Shown here piece by piece: positions 29,328-39,338 of a DNA stretch of 64,000 bases. The number at the start of each line of letters is the position of its first letter. Position 1 is the stretch's first letter. Under the pieces are notes generated by a model that made no database searches, was not told where the DNA came from, and saw only the letters and a program-made list of their open reading frames with translations. The DNA lies in contig AQRL01000038.1 in assembly GCA_000402515.1 (NCBI GenBank), forward strand, positions 37,344 to 101,343. Reading direction: 5' to 3'. The stretch comes from Nanoarchaeota archaeon SCGC AAA011-G17. Lineage in GTDB: Archaea; Nanobdellota; Nanobdellia; SCGC-AAA011-G17. The translations under genes and the position numbers were made by a program.

Positions 29328-30587
29328 TTAGTAATAAGTCTGTCCTGCAGATGGCTCTTCTATTGATTCCTCGCCTTCATCTTCTTTTAACTTTTTGAAA
29401 GCAATGATTAATCCTAGAACAACCAAGATTATTGCTAATACTGCAAATCCTATCTGCAATACACTCTTCAAGCTGCCCATACTGGAAGCCTGAGCTTGAA
29501 CATCTGCTTCTAGATTCAACTCTTTAACAGTCTTGCCGTTTGATTTTATCTTAACAGTGAATGCGTGTTTTCCTGCCTCTGCGTTTGCATTAGCAGTTAA
29601 TTTAACATACATTTCACCTGTCTCGTCAGGCATAATTGTTACAATTGCTGGATCTACTCTTGCAGCTGCGAAAGCACCTACACCGGTTACTTCTGCTGAA
29701 TAAACTGCTTTTTCAGCTTCAAAGTTAGCAAACATCAACTTGTATACAACTTCACTTCCTGGAGCTACTGCTTTAGATGCTGCATCTACACTTATCATTG
29801 AATTTGATAATTCTGCGGATACAATACCTTTTACGTGAAGTGTCTTTGTTTCTTTCAGTGTTGAATGACCGTTGTTATAGGTAACTTCAACTTCAGCCTT
29901 GTAATCTCCTGTCTTGGCATCAGCAGGTATTCTTGCGAATAACTCTACCTGAGCTGAGGATTCATCATCGTTATTAGTATCTTCTGCATTTTGAGTTATT
30001 AACTCAGCTAAATAATCGGATGTTGAAACTCCAAGGTCTGGAATTGTCAAGCTTACTTTGATGTCTTCTTCTTTCTTGTAACCTATGTTCTCAAGCCTTA
30101 CTGAAACAAATAAAGCTGAATCAGCATCTATTGAGCTTGAAGGCCTGAAGATTACGTCTTGGATTGACAATGAATGCCTTGATTCTTTGACTCTTACATC
30201 AAAGTCTTTTTCTTCAGAATCTGTTTTGTCTGATACCTTAACAGTTAGTGTGTAGGTTTCAGAAGCGTCTAAGTCTGATGGAATGTCTAAGGTAAGTGTT
30301 TTCTTGTATGTAACACCTGATTCAACTTCAAATACATCTGATACATCTGAAATTGAGCCGTATTCATAACCATCTATCTCTGCTCTTACTTTAACGTTGT
30401 CTTTGTTTCCAGTAGCTTTAATCCATACTTCTACTGGTAATTGTTCCCCTCTTACAACATCCACTACACTTCCTGTAGCTGAGACGTCGTCTATTTTTAC
30501 ATCTGCTATTCCATAATTACTAGAACTAGCTGATACTGTTGTTAGCACCAGTAATAGTGCAAATAACATTGCTAATATTTTCTTCAT
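29328..30587 (-). CDS. Surface protein: signal peptide, beta-rich repeat domains, C-terminal TM anchor with acidic tail
   Basis: 'MKKILAMLFALLLVLTTVSASS' signal peptide. C-terminal 'IGFAVLAIILVVLGLIIAFKKLKEDEGEE'. Confidence 0.5.
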   Translation of the reverse strand: MKKILAMLFALLLVLTTVSASSSNYGIADVKIDDVSATGSVVDVVRGEQLPVEVWIKATGNKDNVKVRAEIDGYEYGSISDVSDVFEVESGVTYKKTLTLDIPSDLDASETYTLTVKVSDKTDSEEKDFDVRVKESRHSLSIQDVIFRPSSSIDADSALFVSVRLENIGYKKEEDIKVSLTIPDLGVSTSDYLAELITQNAEDTNNDDESSAQVELFARIPADAKTGDYKAEVEVTYNNGHSTLKETKTLHVKGIVSAELSNSMISVDAASKAVAPGSEVVYKLMFANFEAEKAVYSAEVTGVGAFAAARVDPAIVTIMPDETGEMYVKLTANANAEAGKHAFTVKIKSNGKTVKELNLEADVQAQASSMGSLKSVLQIGFAVLAIILVVLGLIIAFKKLKEDEGEESIEEPSAGQTYY

Positions 30588-30646
30588 TTTTTTAACCCCC
30601 CATCAAAGTGGTATTATTATGTTGTTATTTTGTAGTTAATACTCAT

Positions 30647-33073
30647 TTATAAACCTTTCTGTTGGTTCTTTAGGTCAATAAAAAAGTATTTTGTCTCGGT
30701 ATCCTTGTTATTACTTACAGTTACAGCAATTACTTCCTGTTTCCTATCTGTATTCACTGGCAGTTTAAACATGAAGGTCTGTGTCTTTACTTCTTTTGGA
30801 TTTAGGTCAAAGCTTGATGAATATTGTATCTGGTTAAGCTCTGGCAGGGATATTGTTACTCTAACATCCTTTTCCTTTAATCCTGCAAAATTTGCTGCAA
30901 ATACTGTTACTGGGAAATACTCTCCAGGAACTACATTTTTCATGCTGTTAACTATTACTCTTTCGATTCCAATATCATGCTTTGTAGCTCTTAGTGACTT
31001 TGCTTCTTCTGTTACTGTAATCACTGCTGTTTTTTTAGATTCTAAAACACCATCTGTAACTTTGAAAATTAGATTATAGTTACCTAGTGAGCCTGGCACC
31101 CAGGTGAATAACTGATTGTTAAATGCTGCTCCCTCTGGCTTGTTTTCTGCACTGAAGGTTAGTTCATTACTGCCATCATACTGTGCTGAAATTGTGAACT
31201 CTACTTTCTGCCCTAATTTTATTTCCTGTGATGGAATATCATTCAGGCTTAAGTGGAATTCTACTGGCTCTGTGTATTTTGGAAGAACCTTGATTAGTAT
31301 TTCCTGCGTTGCTTCTGCCATGCCATCAGATGCTATTATTATTGAGATGTATTCTCCTGCATCCCCTACTCTTGTCTGCCATTCACCATTCTGGTTTAAT
31401 GGAGAGGTGTAGGAATAGGTTAATTTGTCAAAGTCCAAATCTGTAAATGAATTTCTTGGAACTATCTTTACCAAGTCTCCCTCTGTTACTATAATCGGAC
31501 CTATTGGATTAACTATATGCGGCAATCTGTTAACATCCTTTACTGAGATTATTACTTCCTGCTGGGCATTCAAACTTCCTGCAGATGCCTTGAATGTTAG
31601 TTTAAACTCACATTTTCCGTCATTTCTGCACTGCTTCCCATTTGTGAAATAGTTTGTTATGAATATCTTTATTGTGTCAATAAATGTCCTTTCATGGCTT
31701 ACTGTGTTGTAATCAGGAGTCCAAGCGAATTTATAGCCCAGTAATGGGGCTGGATAATTTAGTACTCCTGGGCCATAGACTGGCTCAAAGGCTGCTCCAC
31801 TTGGCAGGTTTTCTGCAGAATAGTCTATCTTTTGATTTCCATTATAATAAGATGGAGTTACAAAGAAGGTTAATTCTGAGCCTTCATTTACACCCTGATT
31901 AGGTATGAATTTCAAGTCTAGTACTTGTTCTGTTGGAGTTGTTTTTTCGTGAACGGTTAATGGAATTGTCAATACTTGTGATGGATAGTTGCTTATTCCA
32001 TTACATTTTGGATCCTCTGGCATTCCTTCTACTCTTATTGTGTAATCCCCTGCTTTATTTGGTGTCCATGTAAATGAAAACTCTTTTGTATTCTTTAGAT
32101 AGTAATAGGTGTAAGTATAAGCTACTTTCCCGCTTGAATCTTTTACTGTTAGCTTAACTTTATCTTTTACAGGCTCTGTATTCTGGTAGTTATCAATGTA
32201 ATAGGATGATTTATCCCCTGTGATTGTTATTAATTCTCCTACTTCTGCATCAATTGGATTTGATGTTCCTGGTCTATTTAGAATGGTGTAGCAGGCATTT
32301 TGCGGAACATTTTCATGAACCTTGAATTCTGCACTAGCTGTATTTGTTTTTGAAGATGAGCATTTTGAATCAACTACATCTGTTGTTATAAACGCTACAT
32401 AATCATCCTCTAGTGTTGGTGTCCATGTAAATTCAACTGATTGTGAAGAATCCATGAAGATATTTAGTGTCTTTGATTCTTTATATTCATAAGTTGAAAT
32501 ATTGAGATTAGATTTCTTGTAAATCCATAGTGTTACTTTTGTTTCAGCTGAATAGAAATCCCTGTACTCTGCTGGTATGAAAGCAGGTGTATTGCTATTT
32601 GAATGTAATGCTGAATAGGTATCTGCATCTAGTGAAGCTGGAACTTTGATTATTAATGGGATGTTCGGTCTTACATCATTTAGAACTTCAATATGGTCAA
32701 TAGGTGCTGAGCACTGGGCTTTCTTCTCTAGAGTAACTAGTTCAGTTGATTCACCATTTCCATAAACACTCTTGAATGCTTCTTTTCCAAGATATCCCTG
32801 CTTAAAGGCATAAACAGCATATCCGTATTGTGTTGGCAGATTTGTTGGGTACCATACTTTTATATCATAATTTGGATCATTGGCATTTGTATTCCCATTT
32901 GCATGAGGCGTTACAGAACTACAAGATGCATCATTACAAGTATAGGCTAGAAAATTAACATTGTCTAATTTATTCCCATCTTTATTCTGAAATTCATAAG
33001 TCATAATTACCTGAGCACTAGCTAGACTTATTAAAAATACAAATAAGATAGGGATTAAAAGTAATTTTTTCAT
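30647..33073 (-). CDS. Large secreted adhesin-like protein (808 aa) with multiple Ig/cadherin-like repeat modules
   Basis: Signal peptide 'MKKLLLIPILFVFLISLASAQ'. Repeated '...FTWTP...' beta-sandwich-like modules. No TM. Confidence 0.5.
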   Translation of the reverse strand: MKKLLLIPILFVFLISLASAQVIMTYEFQNKDGNKLDNVNFLAYTCNDASCSSVTPHANGNTNANDPNYDIKVWYPTNLPTQYGYAVYAFKQGYLGKEAFKSVYGNGESTELVTLEKKAQCSAPIDHIEVLNDVRPNIPLIIKVPASLDADTYSALHSNSNTPAFIPAEYRDFYSAETKVTLWIYKKSNLNISTYEYKESKTLNIFMDSSQSVEFTWTPTLEDDYVAFITTDVVDSKCSSSKTNTASAEFKVHENVPQNACYTILNRPGTSNPIDAEVGELITITGDKSSYYIDNYQNTEPVKDKVKLTVKDSSGKVAYTYTYYYLKNTKEFSFTWTPNKAGDYTIRVEGMPEDPKCNGISNYPSQVLTIPLTVHEKTTPTEQVLDLKFIPNQGVNEGSELTFFVTPSYYNGNQKIDYSAENLPSGAAFEPVYGPGVLNYPAPLLGYKFAWTPDYNTVSHERTFIDTIKIFITNYFTNGKQCRNDGKCEFKLTFKASAGSLNAQQEVIISVKDVNRLPHIVNPIGPIIVTEGDLVKIVPRNSFTDLDFDKLTYSYTSPLNQNGEWQTRVGDAGEYISIIIASDGMAEATQEILIKVLPKYTEPVEFHLSLNDIPSQEIKLGQKVEFTISAQYDGSNELTFSAENKPEGAAFNNQLFTWVPGSLGNYNLIFKVTDGVLESKKTAVITVTEEAKSLRATKHDIGIERVIVNSMKNVVPGEYFPVTVFAANFAGLKEKDVRVTISLPELNQIQYSSSFDLNPKEVKTQTFMFKLPVNTDRKQEVIAVTVSNNKDTETKYFFIDLKNQQKGL

Positions 33074-33082
33074 TTGAACCCC

Positions 33083-33883
33083 CTAATAAGTGTTATTGCT
33101 CCAGTCGCCTGTGTTGTATACCTTTTCCTTTCCGCCCTTTCTTTTAGTAATCAAATATGTTGCTGTTCCTACTGCTGCAGTTGCTGGTACAGTGAACTTC
33201 CAATTTTTGTACCATGATGTCTTTAATGCCTGAGCAACTGCTGCTTGAGTAATGTCTGTTACTCTGTCTATATAATTATTGAAATTATTCTGTGCTGAAA
33301 GTATCAAGTCATATGAATCTTTAGGCAGTGATTCTTTCAATCTGTTAAGGTCTGCAGTTGGAAGAGCATATTTTGGCTGTAATAGATTTGAAATTTCTTC
33401 AGATGTTAGTTTTCCATCTTTTACCATTCCATTATATGATTTTACAGCATCTTCTATACTTTTTCTTATTCTATATACTTCAAAGTTTATTAACTTCTTT
33501 TCTTCAGCATTTAATGAATCAAATTCTATTGTATATGCTACTGCCCTGTCAATAACATCTAATACATCTAATGAATCTTCAACAGTCATATCAAATGCAT
33601 TTGAATTTACAGAAATCCCATCTGGATATTTTTTGTTTAATGCTTTAATCTGCTTTGCTGTCAAACCCCTTACTGTTGTTTGTCTTATTGGTGCAGCATC
33701 ATATAATGAATCTGTTCCTGTGTATTTAACTGGCAATAGTGGAACTGAGGTTGTATCTTCTGCTACCTGTTCTTGAACTGATAAAGAAGTTGTTGGAACC
33801 TCTCTTAATTCCTGTGCTTTTGCTGTGCTGAATAATAAACCTCCAGCAAGCAATCCTGTTGCTAAAATATGATTTGTTTTCAT
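33083..33883 (-). CDS. Secreted protein with C-terminal TM anchor
   Basis: Signal peptide 'MKTNHILATGLLAGGLLFSTAKAQE'. C-terminal hydrophobic helix plus 'KRKGGKEK'. Confidence 0.4.
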   Translation of the reverse strand: MKTNHILATGLLAGGLLFSTAKAQELREVPTTSLSVQEQVAEDTTSVPLLPVKYTGTDSLYDAAPIRQTTVRGLTAKQIKALNKKYPDGISVNSNAFDMTVEDSLDVLDVIDRAVAYTIEFDSLNAEEKKLINFEVYRIRKSIEDAVKSYNGMVKDGKLTSEEISNLLQPKYALPTADLNRLKESLPKDSYDLILSAQNNFNNYIDRVTDITQAAVAQALKTSWYKNWKFTVPATAAVGTATYLITKRKGGKEKVYNTGDWSNNTY

Positions 33884-33898
33884 TTTAATCCTCCATGA

Positions 33899-34948
33899 TT
33901 ATTTTTTTTGATAACTTTGCATTTTTCTCCAACCACTTGGAATATTTATTTTTCCAATTTTCTGCTTTATTTCTTCTTTGCTTGGTCCTGTGTATGTAAC
34001 ATTCTGTCTTGCTAATTCATCAAGCCCAATTACTTTACCATTTTGTGATTTTACACCATATAATATTCCATCTTTTGCATTTACTTTGTATAATGTTCTT
34101 ACGTCTTCTCCTAAAATGTCTCCTCTATATGTATCATATTTTCCATTAAAGAATTCATCTATTGAACTTTTTGGTACATAACTACTATCTCCAAGTGCTT
34201 TTATTCTTAGGTAGTCACTAATGTTCTTTGTAGGACCTGTTGCATAATTCACAAATTCTTTGTTATCTAATGATGGTTTCCATGGTAATTGTTTTGCACT
34301 GAAACTTCTTTGTCCATCGATTATATAGTCTATTAATACGTTAAATCCTGGATAATTTAGTTCATGATTTGCTTTTATAGTTAGTATTGTTTCTCTTTCT
34401 GTTATTTGTGCTTCTCTTGTTGTTTTTTGTGCATGAGCAATAGCTGCATTTTTTTCCTTTGTAGCTTTTTCAGCTTCTTTGACTTTTTCTTCTTTTTCTT
34501 TAACTGCAACGTTCTTTCCCATTTCTGCAATATTCTTTGCTTCTCTTGCTTTCTTAGCCAAATCAAAAGTTATTTGGGCTGATTGTGAAGCATATTGCGC
34601 TGATTTAAGGCTTGATTGTGCTATGTCTTCTTGATTTTTTGTAGACTTCCAAGAATATGCTGTGTAGATTGGAATCCCAATTAATGCTGAGAATAATGCA
34701 CCCCTTAGTATTTGTGTTCCATAATTAACAATCTTTCCTCTTATTGTATGGTCTGTTTCTGTAACATGTACTTCTCCATTGTCTTTTTGTTCTGTTGGAT
34801 TATCACTTCTTTCCAAACCAAATTTAAGTACTTCTTTTGCTGGTATTTGTCCATTTCCTACTCTCTTTTGAAAACCTTTTTTTGGATCTTTGAAATCCAT
34901 TCCTCTTTCACTTTGGTTTCCTTCTGATTCTGATTTTTCATTTGCCAT
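33899..34948 (-). CDS. Single-pass membrane protein with cytoplasmic N-terminus and extracellular coiled-coil/globular domain
   Basis: TM 'LRGALFSALIGIPIYTAY'. K/E/A-rich coiled-coil region. 2-nt gap to the upstream ATPase gene. Confidence 0.4.
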   Translation of the reverse strand: MANEKSESEGNQSERGMDFKDPKKGFQKRVGNGQIPAKEVLKFGLERSDNPTEQKDNGEVHVTETDHTIRGKIVNYGTQILRGALFSALIGIPIYTAYSWKSTKNQEDIAQSSLKSAQYASQSAQITFDLAKKAREAKNIAEMGKNVAVKEKEEKVKEAEKATKEKNAAIAHAQKTTREAQITERETILTIKANHELNYPGFNVLIDYIIDGQRSFSAKQLPWKPSLDNKEFVNYATGPTKNISDYLRIKALGDSSYVPKSSIDEFFNGKYDTYRGDILGEDVRTLYKVNAKDGILYGVKSQNGKVIGLDELARQNVTYTGPSKEEIKQKIGKINIPSGWRKMQSYQKK

Positions 34949-34949
34949 T

Positions 34950-35939
34950 TTATTTACTCTCCCTTTCTTGCTTTTGATAGTTTATAGCATGTGATATGAT
35001 ATCTGCAACAAGATTTTGTGTTGTTGATTTAAACTGCCTTATCCCATCTTCATTTAGAGACATTATGTTTCCAGGACCTGTTGCTTTTTCTATTTCTGGT
35101 CTTTCTTGAATGAAATAAACATATTCCCCAAAGAAATTTTCTTCTGGTAAGAGTGGTTTTAGTCTTTCAAACTCTCTTTTTGCTTTATCTATTTTTAGTT
35201 CATCAAGCGGTCTTGCTAGAATTCTTTTCAGTGTGCTGCTTTCTTCTTCTATTCTATTTATTATTAGTAATTTCTGTTTTTTTGTTTCTTCATAGTAATC
35301 TCTTTCCTTTGTTAGTTCTATTATTTCTTTCACTATTTTTGGGATAGTGCTCATTGATGCATCCCCTCTTTGACTTACTATTACCCTGTTATCTGTTTCT
35401 ATTAATGGCTCTAAACCCATTTGTTTGGAGGCATAGTTCGGAAAGTCATAAATAACCACCCCATAACTGCTATTCTTTAAACCTTCTATAATTTTCATTT
35501 GTGCATTTAATGTTTTTTTATCGTTATCAATGGTTATCCCATTTATCCAATCATCATTTCTTATTAAAAAATAAGATAAGTTAGGACAGCTAATACTTTG
35601 AGAATATAATGATGGGTCGATACCTTTTTTTGTGACAAAGGACCTGATTCTATTTTTTTCTTTTATATCCTGGAAAACTATTGAAACAAGATTTGGATTA
35701 TTGATCCAATTAAATTCTACTGCTGCTGTTTTTAATCCTGATTTTGCAGATAAGTAGGCAAGCCATGCTGCTAGTGTTGTTTTTCCTACCCCCCCTTTTG
35801 CAGATGAAATACCCACTTGAATTGGTCTGTATAATCCTTGTTCTTTATACCAAATAGTTCCATCAGTGTTTGGATCAGAATTTCTTTGCTGTGATAACAT
35901 ATGTTGTAATACTTTTGTTCTTACATTATAGTCTGGCAT
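34950..35939 (-). CDS. ParA/MinD-family P-loop ATPase (deviant Walker A)
   Basis: 'GISSAKGGVGKTTLAAWLAYLSAKSG' is a deviant Walker A of the SIMIBI ParA/MinD class, with a ~45-aa N-terminal extension. Confidence 0.65.
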   Translation of the reverse strand: MPDYNVRTKVLQHMLSQQRNSDPNTDGTIWYKEQGLYRPIQVGISSAKGGVGKTTLAAWLAYLSAKSGLKTAAVEFNWINNPNLVSIVFQDIKEKNRIRSFVTKKGIDPSLYSQSISCPNLSYFLIRNDDWINGITIDNDKKTLNAQMKIIEGLKNSSYGVVIYDFPNYASKQMGLEPLIETDNRVIVSQRGDASMSTIPKIVKEIIELTKERDYYEETKKQKLLIINRIEEESSTLKRILARPLDELKIDKAKREFERLKPLLPEENFFGEYVYFIQERPEIEKATGPGNIMSLNEDGIRQFKSTTQNLVADIISHAINYQKQERESK

Positions 35940-36014
35940 ATCATAACCCCCAACACTATTTTTAAAATGTTATCATTATATAAAGGTTTCGGTAAAGTTA
36001 CTATTTTATAATGA

Positions 36015-36668
36015 TTAACGTATTGGTCTCATGCTTCTCCAATTTTTCTTTTTTGGAGCTGACAGCTTAAATTCTGTAGAATCTTTTTTTGTTTCAGTTG
36101 ATATAGAATCTTTTTCGGCATAGGATAAATCTGAGCTAAATATTAAAATCTGGGGATACCAGACATAAGCATCTTTGCCATTAAAACTTTTATCTGTCGG
36201 CACTTTTTCTTTTGTAAAATAGGCTATTGCTGTTTTTTCTTTTAGTAGTGAACGAAGCGTTGAAAATTCTGCTGGCTCTAACATGTTATCACTGAAACAG
36301 ATATCAAAGCAATCAAGTAATACAGGATCAGTAGTAATAATGTTTTTCAGAGTATCTTCCAATGCCCTTCTTTTTTCATTTAAGGTATCCTCTCCAAAGA
36401 GATTATTTAAGATTGGAGTTAATACTTCTCCCTTTATTCTCTTTTTAACTGATTCTATGCATACTTCTGAACTGTCTGAATAGTCATTCAATGGAAGGAT
36501 TAGATATTGTGCTTTGTATATTTTTCCTATCCTGTCTGTTTTGTAAGGATATGAGATAGTATCATTAGATGCTGGATCCGGCCTTAACCCATAATTTCTT
36601 GAGTCTGCATTTAATCTTGTTAGTAAAAATGGGATGGATGCAATCGTCAATAAATTTCTTAGTTTCAT
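36015..36668 (-). CDS. Secreted hypothetical protein
   Basis: Signal peptide 'MKLRNLLTIASIPFLLTRLNA'. Confidence 0.4.
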   Translation of the reverse strand: MKLRNLLTIASIPFLLTRLNADSRNYGLRPDPASNDTISYPYKTDRIGKIYKAQYLILPLNDYSDSSEVCIESVKKRIKGEVLTPILNNLFGEDTLNEKRRALEDTLKNIITTDPVLLDCFDICFSDNMLEPAEFSTLRSLLKEKTAIAYFTKEKVPTDKSFNGKDAYVWYPQILIFSSDLSYAEKDSISTETKKDSTEFKLSAPKKKNWRSMRPIR

Positions 36669-36715
36669 AATAATTTTTACTTTAAAGTAGTTATATAAAT
36701 CTTTTGATAGAAATT

Positions 36716-36828
36716 TGGGAACGTGGGGATTTGAACCCCAATCAACTGGTGTCTTCTAAATCACAGCCGAAGCTCATCACTCCAAACACTGGAGCCAGTT
36801 ACACTAAACCAGGTTGTGCTACGCTCCC
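36716..36828 (-). tRNA. tRNA-Trp (anticodon CCA) containing a 38-nt intron at the canonical 37/38 position
   Basis: Reverse complement folds as a cloverleaf. Acceptor GGGAGCG/CGTTCCC. D-arm GCAC..GTGT with GG in the loop. Anticodon stem ACTGG/CCAGT. Loop CUCCAG|A. T-arm TGGGG-TTCAAAT-CCCCA. Discriminator A73. No encoded CCA. Confidence 0.7.
36751..36788 (-). other. tRNA intron (bulge-helix-bulge type)
   Basis: The intron TGTTTGGAGTGATGAGCTTCGGCTGTGATTTAGAAGAC pairs TGGAG with the anticodon-loop CUCCA. It contains a box-C-like GTGATGA. Confidence 0.6.
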
Positions 36829-36864
36829 TATAATTAAAAATTGAAGATTTTGAGTATTTAAATA

Positions 36865-37386
36865 TTACTTGTATATTATATATAGGTAGAGCTCTTCAAA
36901 AAAGAACTTTTGTTTTTCCAATTCTTTGAATTTCAGATTATTTTTTTTAATTAAAGAATTTATTTTCTTCTTATTTGTTAGTGAGGAGAAGATTAAGAGG
37001 ATTTTTCCATTCTTGTTCAGATGAGAATTAACTTGATTAAGGAATCTTTCAATTAGCTCATATCCTTTTTTTCCTCCATCCAGTGCCTTGTCTTTTACTA
37101 ATTGATCATTTGGAAGATAGGGGGGATTAAAGATAATTAAATCAAACTTTCCTTTTACATTTGAAAATAGATCTGATAGCTTGAATTTTATATTTTTTCT
37201 TTTAATATTTTTTTTACAATAATCAATTGCTTCTTTATCAATATCAACAGCAAGAACTTTTTTGCAGTAGTTTGATGCTTCGAGTGCAAGAATTCCTGTA
37301 CCTGTTCCTATTTCCAAGCATGAATCTGATGGATAGTTTTTGATATGTTTTTCAATAAGATAAGAATCTTCTTCCGGCTCGTACAT
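36865..37386 (-). CDS. HemK/Mtq2-family protein (release factor glutamine) methyltransferase
   Basis: 'CLEIGTGTGILALE' (motif I), 'LAVDID', and 'NPPY' in 'IIFNPPYLP'. ~170 aa, as in archaeal Mtq2. Confidence 0.7.
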   Translation of the reverse strand: MYEPEEDSYLIEKHIKNYPSDSCLEIGTGTGILALEASNYCKKVLAVDIDKEAIDYCKKNIKRKNIKFKLSDLFSNVKGKFDLIIFNPPYLPNDQLVKDKALDGGKKGYELIERFLNQVNSHLNKNGKILLIFSSLTNKKKINSLIKKNNLKFKELEKQKFFFEELYLYIIYK

Positions 37387-37452
37387 GAAAAAATAGAAAT
37401 CTTTTTATATTATTAAGTTATCTAAATTTTACAAATTTATGGGGGTGCATAA

Positions 37453-37932
37453 ATGAAAAAAGGATTAGTTCTAGGATTAATTGCAGTGATGCTGTTAGCA
37501 ACAGTGAGTGTAGTATTTGCAGCTGGTGGTTTTGATAAATTTGGGTATAACTATCAGGCAAGAGTTTTTGTAGGGGCTGCTGATGGTGTAGATAGAGTAC
37601 TCGATGGAAAAGTTTGGGGGGACTCAACATATGCCAAAGACCATTTAGTTATGAAATGGAGCAAGGGATGGGATGATGCAAGATTCCATGGAGCAGCTTG
37701 GACACCAGAGGCATGGGAAGACAATGAATGGAATGGAGCAGTTCCTGGTGGTTCAGGAGAGGTCTGGCATTATAAAATAATATGGGTTGGACCACAATTA
37801 GAAAATAGTCCCTACTGGAGAGAAGGCGGATACCCTGTCTGGGGTCAGTTTGAGGTAATTATGGACCAAGGAACTTCGCAGGGAGAACATTTATGGTTTA
37901 CTCATGCAATTCCAACAGGATACGGCAAATAA
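37453..37932 (+). CDS. Secreted Trp-rich hypothetical protein
   Basis: Signal peptide 'MKKGLVLGLIAVMLLATVSVVFAAGG'. Confidence 0.4.
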   Translation: MKKGLVLGLIAVMLLATVSVVFAAGGFDKFGYNYQARVFVGAADGVDRVLDGKVWGDSTYAKDHLVMKWSKGWDDARFHGAAWTPEAWEDNEWNGAVPGGSGEVWHYKIIWVGPQLENSPYWREGGYPVWGQFEVIMDQGTSQGEHLWFTHAIPTGYGK

Positions 37933-37954
37933 ACTTTTTTTTATTTTTTCTTTT

Positions 37955-38647
37955 TTAGAATCCTTCTGCTTTTTCTGCCTGCTCTATCTCTTCCTGGGAT
38001 ATTGCACAGCCATTAAGCTTCAAGCCCCATAGAATCCCATCCACAAGCTCATGCTTAAGATTATAATTTGTCAAATGGTCTTTCTGCACCAGATTTTTTA
38101 ATATTCCAAGAGAGTAAGCCACTAAACCAAGTTCAGATGAGCGAATTATATTAACGTTTATCTCTTTTTTCAGCTCTTTTAAATTTTCTTGGTTGATTGT
38201 TATTTTTGTGTGCAGTTTTCTTTCAAAAAGGTTTTTCAGCTCATTTGGATTTTCTATTATCATTCTTATTGTTCTCTCATCAACTACATAGGTTGCTTTC
38301 AATAGATTTGCTAATGCCAGTGATTCCACTTCTGCCGGGTCTACTAACTTAATAAAATGGTTTTCTGCTTTGAAGAGATTGTTAATGAGATTTAATAAAT
38401 TCTGTGTCTGCTTTTCCAACTGCTGGCCATAAATCTCTAAGGTGTTATCCAGAATTAATTGGTGGATTTGGAGTGCTTCTAATTTGAATTTCTTTGACTG
38501 TATTGGCTTGTCTATTATTTCTTTTTTTACTTCATTTGTTATAAAGAACTGCCCATTGAATCTGTGCTTTAGCTCTGGGAGCAAGTAGAGCAGATTATTT
38601 AGAGATAAACTGATTATTGTTGAGCTATCAAATACCATGGATTTCAT
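37955..38647 (-). CDS. Hypothetical protein
   Basis: ORF only. Confidence 0.35.
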   Translation of the reverse strand: MKSMVFDSSTIISLSLNNLLYLLPELKHRFNGQFFITNEVKKEIIDKPIQSKKFKLEALQIHQLILDNTLEIYGQQLEKQTQNLLNLINNLFKAENHFIKLVDPAEVESLALANLLKATYVVDERTIRMIIENPNELKNLFERKLHTKITINQENLKELKKEINVNIIRSSELGLVAYSLGILKNLVQKDHLTNYNLKHELVDGILWGLKLNGCAISQEEIEQAEKAEGF

Positions 38648-38681
38648 AAAATTGATAATACAATTTAGTATATATTAATTT

Positions 38682-39242
38682 CTATTCAAATAAAGATTTA
38701 GCGAATTCAATTCTCTTTTTTATGTCTTTTGTAATCCCCTTTTCCGATATTCCTGTCTGCCCTGTGTATTTCTGCAATTCCCATGGAGAAACTTTTAATG
38801 TAGATGCTGCCTGGCCAAGAGAAATTCCATGCTCTGTAATTCTTGAGGCCTTTGCTATTTTTGATTCTTCAAATACTTCCTTTAATGCATCCTGTATTTT
38901 TGGGTCCAGAAGATTAATTGATTTTTGAATTTTGGTCAAAGAATTTGTGTACTGGTCAACTTCATCGTTTTCTAAATATGATTTTGCCATACTAAGGTCT
39001 TCCAATATAGTTGAGTAGAATTTATCCCAGCCTTTTTTTTCAAAATAATCTGTTCTTCCTAATATCTTGAATAATGAGTAAGTCATTACTGCTATATCTC
39101 TTGACAGATTGTCCTGAAAGATTGTCAGAGAGTGGATTGTCTGATTGCTCAATTCTTTTATCTGAACCAGATCTTTTTTTTTTACTGCCTCTACCAACTG
39201 AGAGATAATATCCAATAGATGATCCTTGAAACCTGACTGCAT
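38682..39242 (-). CDS. Hypothetical protein
   Basis: ORF only. Confidence 0.35.
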   Translation of the reverse strand: MQSGFKDHLLDIISQLVEAVKKKDLVQIKELSNQTIHSLTIFQDNLSRDIAVMTYSLFKILGRTDYFEKKGWDKFYSTILEDLSMAKSYLENDEVDQYTNSLTKIQKSINLLDPKIQDALKEVFEESKIAKASRITEHGISLGQAASTLKVSPWELQKYTGQTGISEKGITKDIKKRIEFAKSLFE

Positions 39243-39338
39243 AATATTAATTTATTCTTTCAATATAAATAGTTTGTTCTAATTAGTTTCAATTTTAAAG
39301 TAGTAACAAATAGAAAGGTTTATAAAATATCTCTTACT

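Noticed and set aside
36716-36828. The 112-nt tRNA-like sequence as a pseudogene because of its length
   Set aside because: The extra length is fully explained by a 38-nt intron at the canonical position, and all stems pair.
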